Origin: Stramenopiles sp. TOSAG23-3
Lineage: Eukaryota
Length of the DNA: 20,000 bases
Assembly: GCA_900128585.1 (NCBI GenBank)
Contig: LT642149.1
Coordinates: 51,547-71,546 of the forward strand
Reading direction: 5' to 3'
Below the pieces are notes generated by a model. It was given only the letters and a program-made list of their open reading frames with translations. It made no database searches and was not told the DNA's origin. Position numbers and translations under genes: made by a program. Shown here one piece after another: positions 18,105-20,000 of this stretch. The first letter of the stretch is position 1. Each line of letters starts with the position of its first letter.

Positions 18105-19252
18105 TATGTATGATGGTGGTGGTGGGCGGAGCATTTGTGGGACGTAAATGCTTGCAACAACCCGAACAGAGTCTGCTTGCTAACCTGGGTAATGTCATGC
18201 AGAGAGCTCTCCACGGCAATGTCATTTGCACGGACACACGCATCCCCAAGACTAGACTCTTTGTTCCCTTCAGACTTTTTGCCCATTCCACCAGTACCGC
18301 TCATCGACGATGGGATGCCGGTGCTTATCGGGCCGCTGCGGCTTCGCGAAGACGCATTTTCTATTTTCCCTGCTATGGCATTGACACGGTCGGAAAACCT
18401 ATCTCGATATTCCCTTTCATTCTTCAACGAAGTCGACAGGACACTCATCCACAAAAAGTTTTTAGACAGGACTTTAACGACACGCCTTGTCAGGTCGGAC
18501 ATGAAGTAGTCGACTTCCAAACAGTAGTACCGGTTCCAACAGTGCCCCCATCGCTTCACAACCGCTGCTTTGTCAACGACGGCCTCCCCGCTCGGCGACA
18601 ATTCGGGCACTTGGGTATACGCGGGCAAAAACGACCGAAACGCACCGATCTCAGGCTTTCCTTTCGCAATGGAACGCAAGGGATCTATTACAAGACCCAG
18701 CCAGGGGTTGCCCTGCGCGTCTTCATTTTTTTGCCACGCCAAATTGTTCTGGCAATCTACTGCGGAAAAGAACCACTGGGGGGTTTCTCCTACGTCGAAC
18801 GGGTGACTGTGGTACCAGCCCATAATGCACTCTTCTCTCGTCAACTCGAGCGAATCGGATAGCCCAACCATAAAATTCATCGCCTCATCCCCCGCTTCAA
18901 CCCTTGTTTCCACGCCGTCAACAGGGAGGGGAAAGGCATCAGTGACGACCAAGTAGTGCGGGTCTTGCGGGTCGGTCGACGGCCGCCCAATAATTAGGCC
19001 CATAATCTCGTGAGGCATACCGTTCTCAGAGGCCATCCCTTTCTCGACACCTCGTATTGCATGTTGCAGCATCTTCACGGTCGCGGCTGCGGATATGACC
19101 GCCCTCTTAAAATATTTCGGGGAGGTGGTCCCCTGGCCTTCGTGCCAAGACTTGGCTTTTCGTACTGCCGCAAGAGCCTCTTTGTCCACAATATACATGG
19201 ACTCTTCTGACGGATCAGCCGCAGCCGCCGCCCCGGACGGTGCAGACTCCAT
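18104..19252 (-). CDS. CSN5: COP9 signalosome subunit 5 (JAB1/MPN+ JAMM deneddylase)
   Basis: 'K.W......P.YFK...ISA.A..KML.HA', 'EIMGL', 'DAFPLPVDGVETRVEA..EA..FM', 'GWYHSHP...S..D', 'LVIDPLRSIAKGK.EIGAFR', 'WG.HCWNRYYCLEVDYFMS' and 'W...LS' follow the CSN5 (not Rpn11) pattern. Confidence 0.92.
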   Translation of the reverse strand: MESAPSGAAAAADPSEESMYIVDKEALAAVRKAKSWHEGQGTTSPKYFKRAVISAAATVKMLQHAIRGVEKGMASENGMPHEIMGLIIGRPSTDPQDPHYLVVTDAFPLPVDGVETRVEAGDEAMNFMVGLSDSLELTREECIMGWYHSHPFDVGETPQWFFSAVDCQNNLAWQKNEDAQGNPWLGLVIDPLRSIAKGKPEIGAFRSFLPAYTQVPELSPSGEAVVDKAAVVKRWGHCWNRYYCLEVDYFMSDLTRRVVKVLSKNFLWMSVLSTSLKNEREYRDRFSDRVNAIAGKIENASSRSRSGPISTGIPSSMSGTGGMGKKSEGNKESSLGDACVRANDIAVESSLHDITQVSKQTLFGLLQAFTSHKCSAHHHHHT

Positions 19253-20000
19253 TGGGCGTGTGTTATATACTACTGCAGAAAAAAAACTCTTTCTCTCCTC
19301 CGTTGGTCTACAGAGTTTGTAACGTTCGTTTTTAAACTCAGAAAAAATACAACGTCGCGGGAATGAAGTGGAAATATTTTTATCCTTCCCTCATTCAACT
19401 ATATAATAGTTTTAGTGGATCATTATAAAAAAGAGAGTTTTAAATGGATACTAAAATCTATTGTTGAGTAAAGTAGTATCTTTTTTTGTTTTGTTGTTGT
19501 TTTTCTTTTTTTTGTTGGATGCTCCTCCTCCTCCCTGCTGCTTGTTTTTCATTTGCATACTACTACCGCACTGCTGGTATAAAATATTAATGGCGTTAGT
19601 TGGCCGTTGGCCGGACTGAGAACTGAGATATCCTATATATATACTGTATTCTTATCTTATACTTGTATTTACCGAACTTTAAAAAAAATTGTGATAAACG
19701 TTAGTAGATCTAACTAATATTTTAAAAGACAATGTACACAAAAATATAGAGACAAAATAATTGCCCTAGACTATTATTATTGTGAAGCTGTTAATAAACG
19801 TCGAAATTATATTATATTAAAAATATGAGGAATTCGTAATAATAATAAAACTGTGATTAAATTATCGATACACCAATATTATTGTTAAAAGAGTTCATGT
19901 TGGTTAAATGATCAAAACGATATTTCATCAGTAATTTGAGCAAAGTGAATGTACGATGGATGATGAGTTTCACGGAGAAAAACAGAAACAGTCCATTCGG

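Noticed and set aside
18110..18862. 250-aa antisense ORF over CSN5
   Set aside because: Shadow of the real gene; no domain features and no canonical context.
1..20000. CRISPR array, tRNA/rRNA genes, transposase or reverse transcriptase, prokaryotic defence operon
   Set aside because: No regularly spaced repeats, cloverleafs, rRNA motifs or mobile-element ORFs seen; gene content is eukaryotic.

Overview
Eukaryotic (protist-type, probably stramenopile; inferred, not proven) genomic window with compact, apparently intronless genes of moderate GC separated by very AT-rich spacers. Contents in order: 3' end of an unknown gene (+); a SpoU/TrmH-type SPOUT methyltransferase with an N-terminal extension (-); two ~200-nt purine-only (GAA-rich) tracts; a cAMP-receptor/GCR1-like GPCR with an extra N-terminal TM and ectodomain (+); an Hrq1/MrfA-type DEAH helicase with DUF1998 (+); a 2048-aa DUF4062-like/NACHT/WD40 STAND protein (-); an unknown basic low-complexity protein (+); and COP9 signalosome subunit 5 (-). 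I see no operon-like novel system. The best leads are: (i) an unexplained ~430-bp fold-back element (ncRNA or MITE) between the convergent helicase and NACHT genes, (ii) the NLR-like DUF4062-NACHT-WD40 protein, (iii) a ~33-nt element shared downstream of two unrelated genes 17 kb apart, (iv) a 150-bp MITE-like inverted repeat, and (v) atypical catalytic motifs in the SpoU and CSN5 proteins. All family calls come from motif recognition by eye; no searches were run.
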